DNA from: Paraspadella gotoi
Taxonomy: Eukaryota > Animalia > Chaetognatha
Reading direction: 5' to 3'
NCBI GenBank assembly: GCA_051294375.1
Contig: CM119269.1
Span: 12,556,790-12,620,789 of the forward strand
DNA: 64,000 nt
The notes under the pieces were generated by a model. The model was not told the origin of the DNA and searched no databases. It worked only from the letters and a program-made list of their open reading frames with translations. Position 1 is the first letter of the stretch. Each line of letters opens with the position of its first letter. Shown here piece after piece: positions 1-54,147 of the stretch. Both the position numbers and the translations under genes were made by a program.

Positions 1-27527
<27,527 letters not shown>

Positions 27528-28859
27528 CCCGCCGCCCTTTTTGCGTTTCTCGCTCATTGGGAATTCGATGAGTAACGAATGGAAGAATAAGGAAGAGACG
27601 GACGGGAAATCCGCGACAACGCCAATTTAAATTTTAAAATTATTTTTTTTAAAGTAATATTTTTTTAAAATTCCAGTCGATTTTCCAATTTTGAGTATTA
27701 CGGAATCCAAGCGAAGTCTAGACGCGTGAGAATAGAGAGGTGGCGCGTCGACGCTTAGACTTGGAGGAAGATTTGAGAAGGGGGCGCTGCTATTCGACGA
27801 CCCTTTCCGGTCGGGCGCCGCCCTTTGGTGCAGAGTGTGTCCGCCCAGTTCCCGCGGCAAAAATCGCTGCTGTCGATCGTAAGGATCGAGTCATCGTTTC
27901 GCTTTGATGCGAGTTCTTTTGTTTTTTCTATTGTTCATTCTTTTGTTCATTTGCTTTTTTTACATTGAATTCTTCCGTGGTTTATAAATCTTCGATCCCG
28001 CATCCAGGTAGATTGGGTGGGTCTTCGCGCAGCGGATTCACCGCGCGGGGATCTGAAATTAATTGAAATTACACTTACAGCGATCGTGGATGTATAAAGT
28101 TTAAAGTCAGTCATTGAGAGGAACTAGAATTTTATTTTTACAATGAACTCAGTTAAATATTTATCAATGCCTTAGGAAAAAATAATGATTTGTTTAAGTT
28201 AAATCGCTCTCATAAAATGTCAGATGTTTCTTATTGCTTGTAGTTTGTAACATTTGAATCCATTAGATGAACTTTGGAGAAGAGTAAGGCCACTTATGCA
28301 AGTCGTATTTGTTGATTGTTGAAGGATCAATAATATTCAAGTTTTATAGATTAACTAGGATTAGATAAATTTACTTAATTTGCTTTTTTTGCTACAGAAG
28401 ATTGGAATTAGTCACCTACTGGCTACTGCAACTGTAGTAAAGAGTGTAACACGGAACTGAATCAATACCTCGAACATAGAAAACATGAATATTAATTAAT
28501 AATATTAATTAATTTAAAAAATGAATTAAAAAGTTTGACGTAACAGTAGTAAGAGATTTAGAAACCATTATTTAAAACAACGAACTTCAGAAAAAGGTTA
28601 GAGAAGCGATTTATATTTAGAAACCAAGAAAGATCGAATTTTTGTCGTGTCTTCCTAGCAACAAAACAAATAAGTCGTCACTTATCCTACGTCATAAAAG
28701 CCTGTCGAAATTAACGATTGGAATACACGGGCAGAATAACGAAAACCGTTCCACAAAAATGGCGATTGACGGATCCTCGACTAATTGTTCGTTTTCCCCG
28801 CAAATTTCATTTCAAAAAAATAGAAAGTTCATAAAAATTAAAACCGTCAAATAGCGGGA

Positions 28860-29080
28860 GTGAGTTCAAAGATAAGAATTTCACATCGGCAGTGACTCAA
28901 ACGAGCTCAGCACTCTTCCACTCGCTCGCTCGCTCGCTCTCGCTCTATATCTCTCTCTTTCTGTCTCTCTTCCCAGGGTGTGGTTTGCTTCTCCGCCGTC
29001 TGGCGTTGAGTCATGAACAAAAATCTCGCGGAGAGAAAAGTTTGAGAGAAATCATTGACAGATGGCAGTCGAGATGTGAG
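28860..29080. promoter_or_regulatory. candidate scribble promoter/first non-coding exon region
   Basis: GC-enriched patch with (TCGC)n/(TC)n upstream of a minus-strand acceptor (ttcag|ATCC at 28052) that leads into the 5' UTR. Positional inference only. Confidence 0.25.
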
Positions 29081-32000
29081 GACATATCGAAAGCGAAAAC
29101 AAATGGCAAATAATTATAGGAAAAAAATTTAAAGGAACGTTTTCATCATGACATACGTACCTCGGACATATGTAAAGTCCAAACCACTATATAACTATAA
29201 CTATCTATAACTCAGATGTCTCCAAATTAAATATGATATTGACTTTCGGCTCATCACCTATTTCTTGCGATCATTCAGGATTCAGAAGGACTAATAATTA
29301 AATAAAAGTTTGAACATTTGTGCTTTTTTATTCTGCGATCTTTTGTGTTCGGTTACTTTTCATGATTCGTACTTAGTATTTATTGAAAAAATTTCCGGTG
29401 CGTTAGAAATATACGAAATGTATTTGAACCGTATTAATTATAATAATTATTTTGATTACGTTGCTCATTAACTGAATGATTACAAGCAGAATAAACAAAA
29501 TCAGGGCATACTATACGCCCTTGGCAGCTAACGTTGTTGCTTCATTGATGGGGATGCCAGTTGAGGGTGCTCTGTGAGATAAAAAAATTGTGACTGTGAG
29601 AGAGTCTTGATTGAAAGCAGGATTCTGCTATATTATTAGCTTGTAATTGTAAGAGGGATGGAAGTCTTCACCCTCCGTGTCTCAACTCTAAAGTCAGGGT
29701 AAATACCTTTACTAAAGGTATTTAGCTATTTCATTTATTAAATGAATCTGCAATTTTATATTGGTTGTGCCATTAATTTTTTAGCTTATTTTTTCCCCTA
29801 ATCCCTAGTATTTCTTCTAAATCAGAAAATAATGTCAAATTAATTCGAGATAGAACATATATTCTAGGAAATGATATCATTATACACCGTACACTTTATA
29901 ATACAGTAGATTTAAATATACATCTTTATGGACAACATGTACACCCAAAAACATCAATGAATATTTTATTACTTAACAGGTCAGTTACAGCCTCATTGTT
30001 TAAAATTATAAAACTGTTATCTAGTATTAATTATAACAAAAAGTTTTCAATAAGTTTTATGAAATAATTGTGCCTTTTCTTATTTTGAGCCTCATATGGA
30101 AAGGAAATTTATGGTTAGATTCTTAGCAGTTGGGATTTATTTAGTGGTAATTTATGATGAGGTGAGGGTCATTAAATTAGGTTCATTATTAAACTCAGGT
30201 ACAAATAATTAATTTAGATAATTAACGAAATCGTTTTAGAGGCTCTCTGACATTATCTACTAACTTAAAATTTACCCAATCATGAATTGTCCAAAAGATT
30301 TACGATATTAAATCACAAGATAAAAAGATTTTTCCCTGTTATATTAAACTGTTACTTACATACAGTAAGGCTTGTTCACATATAATTATTTTTAAATCAA
30401 TGCCTGTTTCTAGTTGGATGTGATCTTTTTCGTTATAAAATTTTAAATCAAAGACTGATAAGGGCACAATATAACAATTTATACGTACACAATTTGAGAC
30501 CGATGAAAATTAACTAACCACCAAAAAAGCTGTTATCACATCTTAATGACTAAAAAAAAATTCATTAAGTTTTAAAAGTTTCGATACAATGAAGAAAAAA
30601 GTTACAGTTTCATATGACATTAATTTGGTTAAATGCCTCAATCCTATTTTAATCTCGTAAGCACTCGTCTTCTGTGTGAAGGAATAATATTATTATCAGT
30701 TTTACCACGGTTATATCAATATATAAGAAGACGGTACTGTTATGAGATTTAGAGAGAGAGAAAGAAATCTTTGTGACTTTGTAATGCGATAACAATGAGT
30801 CGTAGTAATAATACACTTTTTCCGTTATAAAGCGAATGTGTTTGGAACTTAGTATAAATTGTAGCTCTATTTTTTTCGTAGTAAATCAGTAAGTCTATAT
30901 TTAGATGAAAGCGTTGGAAAGGGGAAAACAAGAGGTTGCTCATAAATCCGAACAGATGGATTTTTCGGAAAAAGTGTAGCGGTGTAGTTTGATGATTCTT
31001 AATGCAGACACCAGGGCATATTAGTCGTACCATGAAGAACAAAGGTCCTAATTCCAGATTTTATTTCAGGTATGTTGGCAACCTCATTAGTTTTCCCCAA
31101 GCCACAATTTGGAAACAAAAAAAATATTTAAGCTATTGAGACTAAAAAAAAAACAAAGGATAAATTACATACTTTCTACTTTAAACAACACGCAAGAGAG
31201 TTGACTTTTCTTTCTTTAATTAGTAGTATGCTTAATTGGCGATACGTATTATTGACAAAAAAAAGCTGATTATCCATTACTTAATTTATGTAAAGAACTC
31301 ACACCCTTAACATTGATCAAGGAAAATTTTGCTGCATTGAGGCTATAAAACAATTTTTATAATTATTTTGCATTGAAAGTCGAATTTCGTTTTTATCTAA
31401 AGGCAACAGGTGATAAATTTTTTTACTTACAAAACGGTAAATGACTTGACTAAGTATTTAATTTGTTTACCAAAATTTAGAATCTTCGCCCATAATTGAT
31501 TTAATTTGATGGTTAGCACCAGACATCACTAACAAAGTTAATCAAATATATCAGGATAAAAAAACAATAAATATTTCACATAAAAAATGGGTACCCTTTT
31601 GTTTTCTTAAATGGTGGGATATCAGGATCCAGTAGGCAATCGAAAGACGCGGGGATGCGAATAGTTAATAATTGTCGATTTGTCGTTTTTTATCCATAAA
31701 AGCGCTTTGACATCGGTAATTTCTGAGAAATATCAGACATTTCTAAGAAATCCGATTCGCGCTGAAACCTTGCTCAAAGAACAGGATTGTGAGTGGAAAA
31801 ACTTTTTTTTGTCAGTGCAGTTCAGAAAAAAGCTTATTTTACAAAACATATTATTTTCACCAATGGCGATAAAACTCACAGCATTATGCATTCTATAATA
31901 ATTTTGCAAAATACTTTAAATTTTATTTTACCGATACCGCTATTGATGAAATCACTGATTTCGAATAACAAGTTTCTATATCGTTTTCATATGTAAAAAT

Positions 32001-35000
32001 GTTGTGGTAAAAATATATACTTTATATATACGCGTAATGAATAAAAGACTATAATTGTTAATCAGATCATTTAAAAAAAAATTTAAAGAGAAGGGGAGAA
32101 AAGAGGAGCACATTAGACGATCAAATACGCATACTTAAAAAAAGTGATACAAATAACAAATTACTTTTATTTCGTTCTTTTAGTGAAAGTGATTTTTCGT
32201 TGTCGTGTAAAACCAGTATCAAGAATTCCGAACGGGCGAGAAGCTTCGCCTTGCGATTTCCTTAAAAATCTTAATTTGTATTGAATTGTAATTAAGAATC
32301 TCAAGATTAGGCAATAAACCGTTATATTTAAATTCCACCAATAAAGTTTGATGTATTTCCGAGAAAAATCTTTCAAAAGTGTAAAAAATGTTCTAAAGGA
32401 AATTCCTTCAAGTGCTTCTAGCGCAGCGCTCGGACTAAGTACATCTAATTATGTTTTGTTTCAATGTTTTCTTTTCAATAGACATTCGCTGTACTGAAAA
32501 AATCACAGCGGTCACAAGAGTGCCAATTTTAAAGGTTGGGAGTCATTGCAAAAGAATGCTAAAAAATTTTGAACCAATTACCTGGTTTTAAAGAAACTCC
32601 GAACCCTTTAAATTAGCACCAGGGAATGTACCAGGGTTTTTGGTCCTGGTGGTGTGGTTGAAGTTTTGAAAAAGAGCTGACGTTTTTAAAGGGTGGAGAT
32701 CTGTATTTTGTTATGCCATCGGAAGTCATAAGATGCAATGGGTCATCATTGCATATCGTGCGTGACATGTTCGTGCTGGAGATTGTTGCTGTTGTCAGGG
32801 GGATTGACATGGTTGTTTAATGACAATGACACATAGATGAGTGCGCACTCTGGGATGCAATACGCGAGCGCAGGCAAGCAATAATGCGCGTACGCTTTTT
32901 TTTTTACAATTATGTATAAACAGAAACTGCGATAATTCTTAATGTGATATTCGCTTTTTTTTTTAAATTAAAAGGTCAACATTTACTAAAGAGTAGGGGT
33001 ATTAGCGAAATAACAAAAAAAATTCGATTTATAACACGTATTAAACAGAGATGTAACCGTTTAATGAAAAACAGATAAACATCAACTCAGTTTTTTCTTC
33101 GTCACTTATATTTTGGAAAGTGAAGCTTTAGCAAAAGTAACACTTTCTGGACGCCACACTGTTTTTTTTTCTAAAGGCTTGAACTTAATTTATTAGACCA
33201 CAACTAAAAAAATTGAAAAAAGACGATGTTCCTCTTTTTTCATAGATTATGGAGCTGGTTTCATGGATTATGGAGCTGGTTTCAAAGAACACAAGAGAAT
33301 GAACGCATCAACTTTTTTTTTGTTCATCTGATGGCATTTTCGTAGTTTTAGTTCTTATTACTCTTAAGGAGAAAAATAGCTTTTAAACATTTTCTTCCAG
33401 GCAACATTTTCTGTTTTTTTTTTTCATTTTTAAGAAAAAAAAATAATGAGAGGAGAGAAATGGGGGGGGGGAGTTATTTTTCTTACATGCATTTTTGTTC
33501 ACGAATTCACGGAGGAAAAGGAATCGGAGAGAACGAGAGTGCGAATAACAAGAGTCGGGACAACTTGAGATCTGCGAGATGCGGGACCTAGTAGACCGGA
33601 CTGACTCTGAAAAAAGTTTGAAAAACAATTTATAAAGAACTTTCTTTTGCCGCTTCCGCTTTATATAATTTAAGGAAAAACATTTTTGTTGTCTGCTAAG
33701 AATCCTCAGCCCGCCTCTCGCTCTGAATCGGTGTAGTGCCCGAGCTAAAAAAGTGCCAAGGACGAATTTGGGTATTCATGCACTTTAGTTTAGAAAGGAA
33801 AACACGCGGGATCTAGGACCGTAAATATAAACGTGATTTTTTTGGCTTTTTTTTTTTTGGTGTTTGTGTGATCAAATGTTGACACAAGAATTTGATCTAC
33901 CCAACAAACTCCGTTGATCACTTGTTTTTTTGTTTTTTTTTTGTGTTTGGTTGTGGGGAGAGGCAAGAAAAATAAGCGTGATGACCATGACTTTGAGGGG
34001 CAAGAGAGGAAGGACATCGTAAGAATTCCTATGCGATAAAAAGGTGGCAGAAATGGAGGGATGACGCACAAAAAAAATGAATCTAAAAAAAAACAAAGTG
34101 GAGTAAATTAAAACATAAACAACCCGATACAAAGAATCTTTGAAAGTTAAAAATCCCATGTATTTATAAATTTTCTATTTTTTTAAAGTTATTAATCGGT
34201 AGCAATATAAAAGATATATAAACTTTTTGGGTGGGAATAAAGAAAATAAATTTTAAAAGTTTTATGGATTCTTTTTCAGGGTGCTTTTCTGAAACGTGCA
34301 GAATTGCATTAAAAGGGTATAAAAAAATTAAATTATTTTCAATTAACAGTTCTAAAAGAATATTAGTAAACATGACACCACATGTTGCACTGAATATATA
34401 CAGATAATAAGTTTTAGGATTGTAATTTTATCATATAATTTTTTGGATTTTACTCCATGCGCTCATATTATTGAATAGCTTATCTAAAAGGTCTAAAATA
34501 GAGAAAAAAAATCATGCAGACTGATCAATATATACAAAAAGTATTATTACAGAAAATAAGCGCTGGCTGAGATTTTTCTTTTAATATATCTCATTTTTGA
34601 ATACGATATAATTTTTAGTATAAATAAATTAAAACTTTTTTGCATTTTAAAAGTTAAAATAAAAGTTAATTCTCTATTAGAACCTTTAATTCCTAATTTT
34701 ATTTTGAAGATTGCGCATACATCGCTTAAGCTTACCATCTCTTTTAAAAGAAAATAGAAATATTACCGAAAGGGAATGTTCGTAGCCTTAACTTTGATGC
34801 AACCAATCGTTCAGAACCCTGAACAGTGAATTTAACCTCCGTCGATTTCGGTTTATTTGACTAATGAAATGAAAAGTGTCGTCGAAAATTATTACAACCA
34901 AATAAACCAGGGAACGAACTCTGAAAAATCAACGTGAGAGGTCAATAAAAAAGAAAAAAAGAAAAAACTATTAAAAAAATTTAATGAACACAACCAATGG

Positions 35001-36352
35001 AAACCATATCAAAAAGAAATCTAATCAGTTGGCGTTGTAATAAATAAACCTAAGTTTGTTCAAACTCATAATGATGTTGATAATAATAAAAATAAAAAAA
35101 CATTAACAATAAAATAATTCAAAGAATCGACGGTATTGAAGTTTTTCTCTTTATTTAACGTCGCTTTAATTTTTGAAACCTTGTGAATTCCTTCGTGTCA
35201 TTATCATCATCACCTTTTTTCTGCGTTCTCTAATTGTTTGTCAGTCTATTACAAGTAACCGCGGTACTCCGACTGTATCTGTCGATGGTTTCGTCGTTTT
35301 TCTGAAAACAACGCTCTATATTTTGTTTCGCTTTTTGTTTTTTAATTTCATTCTCTTTTATTGTGAAAGAGATCGAAAGAGAGGCGACCGGGAGACAAAT
35401 CGGTCGCCCTCTTCTTTCTCTCTCTCACTTGAATTAAAAACAAGGGAACAACGCTTTCGAAATTTACATAAAATCTGTTTTATAAAATTTATTTCGAAAA
35501 TTAGACGTCGTTCGGTAAAATTAGGTCAACACAGTTGGCGTCTTTTCGTATTGGTAAAGACAAAAACGACGAATCAATCCATATTTCGTTTAAAAAAACA
35601 ATATGTGTTAATTGTTTTTTAAATTTTACAAAAAATGTAAATCCAGTACTCTAAATCCATTCTCCGGGTGTAGAATGATTTGGCAAACAAATAAAATGAT
35701 CAATATCGAGGCTGTAATGGATCGAAACGCATTTTGAAAGATGGAACAAAATGTCATCAATAATTTACAGCCTAAAATATTGTTTTTATTTAGTTTCTAC
35801 GGACTTAGAGTCGGTGGGCAGCATTCAACGGGAAGTCAAAGGGAACAAGAGAAAAAGAGAAGAAAAGACAAAAAGATAAGTAAGAGTGTAAAAAACTAGT
35901 AAAATGGAGTGAAAAGAAAAATATTTCTGATATTTTTTACTAAAAGTTTCAAGTGTAGGATCCGAATTTGGACGAGGATCAAGATTATAAATTTTGTACA
36001 CCGAATAAATTAACTTTACTTTTTAAGATTATTAAATTTCTGACGAAGAAAAAACGTAATACACTACATACTAAAACTTTTTTTAAGTTTGAATAAAGTT
36101 CCCGCTGATCACTTTTTCTTTCGCAGGTTTCACACAATTCCTAAAATTGCTCGTTTTTGAAAAAAACAAATTTTCTTGTATGAATTTCATTTGATATTTT
36201 TGAAGGTTCTTATGATAAATCATTGGAAGATTAGGTTAACTATTAATGAAAAAGTTTGAATTTTCTTTTTTAAACATTTACAAAAATTTTGCTGCGCTTC
36301 CATAAAAAGGTCGTAATAATTTAATTTATTTTGTGTTTTAATATGTTTGTTT

Positions 36353-48065
<11,713 letters not shown>

Positions 48066-48238
48066 TCTCGGTCGATGCCACGAGTATTTCCTTTTTTTCC
48101 GGTCATCCTCCTCTTCCTCCTCTGCATAATTTTCTTTTCCTCCTTCCTCTTCTCTCTGTCTCCTTCTAAAACAAAACGTTCGACATTCGAAGAATAAAGG
48201 TTGAACTTTCTCACCCCCTCTTCTTTCTTTCTTTCTTT

Positions 48239-48274
<36 letters not shown>

Positions 48275-48796
48275 TTCTTTCTTTTCTTCTTTTCTTTCTT
48301 TCTCTTCTCTTCTTCTCTTTCGTTCGTTTTTTTCTTTCTAATCTTTTTTTGATCTCCTCTCTCTCTGCTCTCGACTCTCGTTCTCTTCTCTCTCTCTCTC
48401 TCGTCTCTCTCTTCTCTCTCTCTCCCACCTTCCTCTCTCTCCACCCTCCCTAAATCCGCGTCCAAATTGAGTTCCTATTTTTTCTCGCTCTCTACGATTC
48501 GTTCCGTTAGGTTAACGATTACCGATAGAGGGAAGCGAAACGGATTTGCATTGTGATTTTGGTTGGATCCGAAGAGAGGAGAGAAGAGAGAGAGAGAGAG
48601 AGAGAAGAGAGAGAAGAGAAGAGAAAGAGGAGAGAAGAGAGAGAGAGAAGCGAGAGAGATTGAGAGAGAGAGAGAGAGAGAGGAAAGAGAGCGAGGGAGG
48701 AGGGAGGAGGAGGGGTGAGAGAGCGATAGAGTAAGAAAGGAGAGAAGATGCAGGGGTGAGAAAGGAAAGGAAAGAAAGAAGAAAGAAGGAAAGAAA

Positions 48797-48828
<32 letters not shown>

Positions 48829-50165
48829 AAAAAAGAAAGAAAGAAAGAAAGAAAGATAAGAAAGGGAAAAATGTAAAAAAATAAAGAAAGAAAGATGCGA
48901 TAAAACCTTAATGAGTATAAACAGACAGAAAAAGAAAAAGCAAGAAAAAGCGAGATGCTCTTTTTTGGCCAAATCAGCTGACGATTGCAGCCAAGAGAAG
49001 CAAAGAGAAAGAGATTCAACAAGGGGGAGGAGTGGAATCGCGAGAAAGAGAACCGATGCGATGGAAGAGGGGGCGTAGGGGGGGGCCGTAGGAATGGATG
49101 ACCTTTACATGAAACGAAGGAAGTTAAGAGGAGCTGAAGTGGAAGGGAAAACTACAAATGCGATTATAATAGAATTGAGAATAAACACGATTTAAAAGAA
49201 CAAGACAAGAAAAAAAAAAAGAATAAATTAATGAAAGAAGCTAGAAAGGAAATAAAAGTAAAAGTAAGTTCAGGAAATCCGTTCCGTTCCATGAGGTAAG
49301 TTCCGCTTCTTATAGCAGAATTTATGCTCTTTTACAGGTGAAGATTTAAAAAAAAAGTTTTTTACATACTTCAACGCATCGTGTTGACAACCTGGTAAAA
49401 GGTTGGCCAATGGCCAATGAACCAAACTTAGTTCACTTCTAAGAAGATACATCTGAAATTCCATTTGGCTTCTGACTCTATCAAGGATATAATACAATTG
49501 ACACAATGATAATACAAGAATCCCTAAACCACACATCACTTTATTATTCTTACCGGGGGAAGGGAATAAAGAGAGATATATTACGAGAAATATATCAAGA
49601 TATTTATTCCACGGTTTCTGTCTGAAGACCGCAGAGGAAGGAAGCAAGTTGAAACCAACGTTAGGCGTCTATTTGCGTTTGTTGCGGCCCAGGGATTCTG
49701 GGGGACAGGGAGGATGTGTTCATGTGTTTTTTTTTTGTTTGTGTTTTTCGTTTTAATTCGGCCGACTTTTTATCGCTTTGTTTAAAAATATCCAGAGAAT
49801 CAGAAGTTTGTGTAGCTGAATTCACCGATTTTTTTTTCTGGGGACGTTGGCGTGGTCAGTCTTGTAGTGCCTTTTTTGTTTATATAATTTATTTTTTTTT
49901 TTCGTTTAGTTTGTTTTTGTTTCGCAGCTTCAGACGATAAAAAAGAGAGAAAAGTGTTTCTTCCTAATTTTTTTGTCGCTTATGTCGCGAATAGTGTTTC
50001 CACGAATATTTATAATATTTATAATATCAGGGTTATATAATTTACATAACGTCATGTATATAATTTCTTAGTTTTTCAGGTTGGGTTGTAGCGAGATCGG
50101 AACTACCAAGCTGGTTTAGCGAATGCCTTGGCGAGTCCTTAGGAGAGATGACGCTTGAGCTAATG

Positions 50166-50392
50166 AAATGGTTTTTCTTTGAGATATGCCCTAAAAAGAA
50201 AATGGTTTTTCTTTGAGATATGCCCTAAAAAAAGGTTTTTCTTTGAGATATGCCCTAAAAAGAAAATGGTTTTGTTTAAGATATTCCCTGAAAAAATGTT
50301 TTTTCTTTGAGATATGCCCTAAAAAAATGGTTTTCTTTAAGATATGCTCTAAAAAGAAATGGTTTTTCTTTGAGATAAGCCCTAAAAAGAAA
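50166..50392 (+). repeat. ~30-35-bp AT-rich minisatellite (AAATGGTTTTTCTTTGAGATATGCCCTAAAAAG)
   Basis: About 7 tandem units; repeated at about 53770-53997 and 63036-63265 in the duplicated blocks. Confidence 0.85.
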
Positions 50393-50543
50393 TAACGAGT
50401 ATTAAATTAAAATCTGAGTTTTTAAAACTAGTTTTAAACTTTATTATTCTTTTATTATTCTTTTATTATTCTTTTCGCTAGCAGAGTGATGTAAAAAATA
50501 TTTTTATGATTCTGCCTTCGGTAATAATGTTTCCTTACTTCTT

Positions 50544-50568
50544 NNNNNNNNNNNNNNNNNNNNNNNNN
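50544..50568. other. assembly gap (25 N)
   Basis: Run of 25 n; the sequence after the gap restarts at the equivalent of position 47399. Confidence 0.99.
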
Positions 50569-51511
50569 TGTGTAATAAACGTATATGCTCCACGATATTC
50601 ATGAACTTACTTCGGGCAATCCTAATAATTTAATCTTTCAAAAGCCTTTCGAATTTATTTCAAGAATAGGTTGTTTATTATATTTTTTTTAACAAATCAG
50701 GGCCCTTTTAAAACAAAACAAAAAAATTGATTAAAATCTGAATTTCTGTAATAATTTTGAAATTAAAAATCCTGTCGTTTTCAAACGTTTATAAAACCTT
50801 GTTGCGTGAAGGGGAAGATAAGAATTCTTTGAGCTGGAGCATTCTATGGCGTTTAGTGTACCTAAGGGGGAAAAAGCAAGAAAATGCACCTTATTAAGTG
50901 ATTTATTATTCCATAAACTAGCTTTTATCTATGCCTCCCGAACTTTGGCAAGCTTTATACATACAAACACGTTTTATTTAAAAACGAAATATTAAAAAAT
51001 ATTTATTTCTTTCCTTCAGCGATACACGAAAGAATGTCTTGCCACGTGAGCTCGACAAGTAAAACGTTTTTACTTATATTCCGGAATAAGATTAAATATT
51101 ATATATTATTTATTCCTGGCCGCAGAACATACCATATCATCCCATCGTCAAACTAAAACTATTGTACAACACATATAATTTACTAATTCTTGGAACTTGA
51201 TTCATTTGTACGTGACACGCGTTTCATGGACAGCTCCGTTCTCTCAAAACGACTCACGCATGCGCACTGCGCAGTGCCGCCGCATTCGGCCTTGGCCCTT
51301 TACGTCCCATTCCAGGTCGATGTCCACGATGTATTTCCTTTTTTTCCGGTCATCCTCCTCTTCCTCCTCTGCATAATCTTTCTTTTCCTCCTTCCTCTTC
51401 TCTCTGTCTCTTTAACTAAAACGACAAACCGTTTCGACATTCGAAAAAGAATAAAGTGGTTGAACTTTTCTCACCCCCCTCTTCTTTTCTTTCTTTCTTT
51501 CTTTCCTTTCT

Positions 51512-51551
<40 letters not shown>

Positions 51552-54147
51552 TTTTTCTTTCTTTCTTTCTTCTTCTCTCTTTCTCTTTCTTTCGTTTTTT
51601 TACTTTCTATCTTTTTTTGATCTCTCTCTCTCTCTCTCTCCTCTCTCTCTTCTCGTCCTTCTCTCTCTCTCTCTCTTCTCTCTCTCCTCGTCTCTCTCTC
51701 TCCCCCTCCCCTAAAATCCGCCGCGCGTCCAAATTGAGGTTCCTTATCTTTTTCGTCTCTCGATTCTTACCGTTAGTTTAACGATTAACCGATAGGGAGA
51801 GCGACGGATTTTGCATTGGATTTGGTTGGATCCGAGGAAGAGGGAGGAGAGAGAGAGAAGAGAGAGAGAGAAAGAGAGAGAAGAGAGAGAGAGCGAGAGA
51901 TTGGAGAAGAGAGAGAGAGAGGAAAGAGAGCGAGGGAGAGGGAGGGGAGGGGTAGAGAGCGATTAGAGTAAGAAAGGAGAGAAGAGGCAGGGAGTGAGAA
52001 AGGAAAGGAATAGGAAAGAAAGAGAAGAAAAAAAGAAAGAAAGAAAGAAAGTAAAAGAAAGAAAAAAAGATAAGAAAGACAAGAAAGATAAGATAAGAAA
52101 GGGAAAAAATGTAAAAAATAAAGAAAGAAAGATGCATAAAAACCTTTAATGAGTAAAAACAGACAGAAAAAGAAAAAGCAAGAAAAAGCAGATTTTTTGC
52201 AATGCTAACTTAGCAAGGAGAAAGTTACAGGAGGATGGTGATGCGGAAGAAGCATCTAGGAAGAGGGTAGGCGAGGATGATGCTTTACTTGAACGAGGAA
52301 GTTAGGCTAAGAAGGCAAACCAACTTCCAGTTAAAGAAGACGTTTAAAGACAGAAAGAAGTTAATAAACTAAGATACAAAGTAAGTCGAAGTTCTTAGGG
52401 AGTTGCTTTAAGCAGAGCTCTATAGTAGCAATGTCAATTACGCACGTGACAACTGGAATTGAACGTCATTAGATTCCGACACGTGCGTCGGTTTGGATGA
52501 AGATACAAACCTCAATAAATTCTCTCCATTAATGACCTTGTTATCATCAAGGTTAACAGGATCAGTGGAAATCTATTATTTCAGGGCAAGTAGGCATGGA
52601 ACACTTTACAAGTGGGAAAACAGATCAAGCTGTATAATTTCCTTTGTTAATTATGTTGTAATCGTTAATTATAAATGTACGTAATATAAAGGTACTGATG
52701 CTAGTTGGAAGGGCATGGCATAGGACTACATTGCGCATTATATAGAATTGGAATTTATAAGTACCAGATCTTTAAAACAAGACAGAAAACCAAGCAAAGA
52801 ATAAAGTTTAATGAGAAGCTGATTTACCAAGCAAAATAATAAATTCAGAGCCACGTCGTCCAGAGGATCGAAGTTCGCCTATTGCACGGAATTAGCTCTT
52901 TTAAGTGACAGATCTACAAAAACAAGCCTTGTTTAACCACGGTTGACACCGGAAAAGTGGCCAATAAACCAAACTTAGTTTCACTTTTTCCTAAGACAGA
53001 TACATCTGAAATTTCATTTGGCTTCTGACTCTATCAAAGGATATAAATACAATCTGACACAATGATAATACAAGAATCCCTAAACCACACATTTCCACTT
53101 TATTATTCTTACCGGGGGAAGGCGAATAAAGAGAGATATATTACGAGAAATATATCAAGATTATTTATTCCACGGTTTCTGTCTGAAGACCGCCCAGGAG
53201 GGGAAGAAGGGGGCCAAGTTTGGAAAAAACCAAAACGTTAGGGGGCGCTTTCTTATTTGCTGTTTCTGTTTGCGGCCCAGGGATTCTGGGACAGGAGGAT
53301 GTGTTCATGTGTTTTTTTATTGTTTGTGTTTTTTCGTTTTAATTCGGCGACTTTTCTATCGCTTTGTTTAAAAATTCCAGAGAATCAGAAGTTTGTGTAG
53401 CTGAATTAACGAATTTTTTTTTCTGGGGACCGGTTGGCGTGGTCAGTCTTTGTAGTGCCTTTTTTGTTCTAATATATTTTTTTGTTTTTTTTTCAGTTTG
53501 TTTTGTTTTTGTTTTCGCAGCTTCAGACGCATAAAAAGAGAGAAAAGTTTTCTCTTCCTATAATTTTTTTTGTCGCTTAATGTCGCGAATAGTGTTTCCA
53601 CGAATATTTATAATATTTTATAATATCAGGGGTTATATAATTTACATAACGTCATGTTATATAATTTCTTAGTTTTTCAGGTTGGGTTGGTAGCTGAGAT
53701 CGGAAACTACCAGCTGGTTTAGCGACATGCTTGGCGAAGTCCTTTAGGAGAGATGACGCTTGAGCTAATGAAATGGTTTTTCTTTGAGATATGCCCCTTA
53801 ACAAGAAAATGGTTTTTTCTTGAGATATGCCCTAAAAAAAAGTTTTCTTTGAGATACTGCCCTTAAAAAGAAAATGGTTTTGTTTAAATATTCCTGAAAA
53901 AATGTTTTTTCTTTGAGATATGCCCTAAAAAAATGGTTTCTTTAAGATATGCTCTAAAAAAGAAATGGTTTTTCTTTGAGATAAGCCCTAAAAGAAATAA
54001 CGAGTATTAAATTAAAATCTGAGTTTTTAAAACTAGTTTTAAACTTTATATTCTTTTATTTATTCTTTTATTATTCTTTTCGCTAGCTAGAGTGATGTAA
54101 AAATATTTTTATGATTCTGCCTTCGGTAATAATGTTTCCTTACTTCT
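50569..54147 (+). repeat. indel-rich direct re-copy of 47399-50543 (includes a broken copy of Syt1 exon 1)
   Basis: TGTGTAATAAACGTATATGCT at 50569 matches 47399; AATGTTTCCTTACTTCTT ends both blocks. Differences are mostly 1-bp indels. Confidence 0.9.

Noticed and set aside
29700-29724. Perfect 11-bp hairpin TAAATACCTTT-ACT-AAAGGTATTTA
   Set aside because: It is short, AT-rich and isolated, with no associated element or second copy.
30749-31060. LGPLFF-like word suggesting a LINE reverse transcriptase fragment
   Set aside because: No YADD or other RT motifs follow; the similarity is too short.
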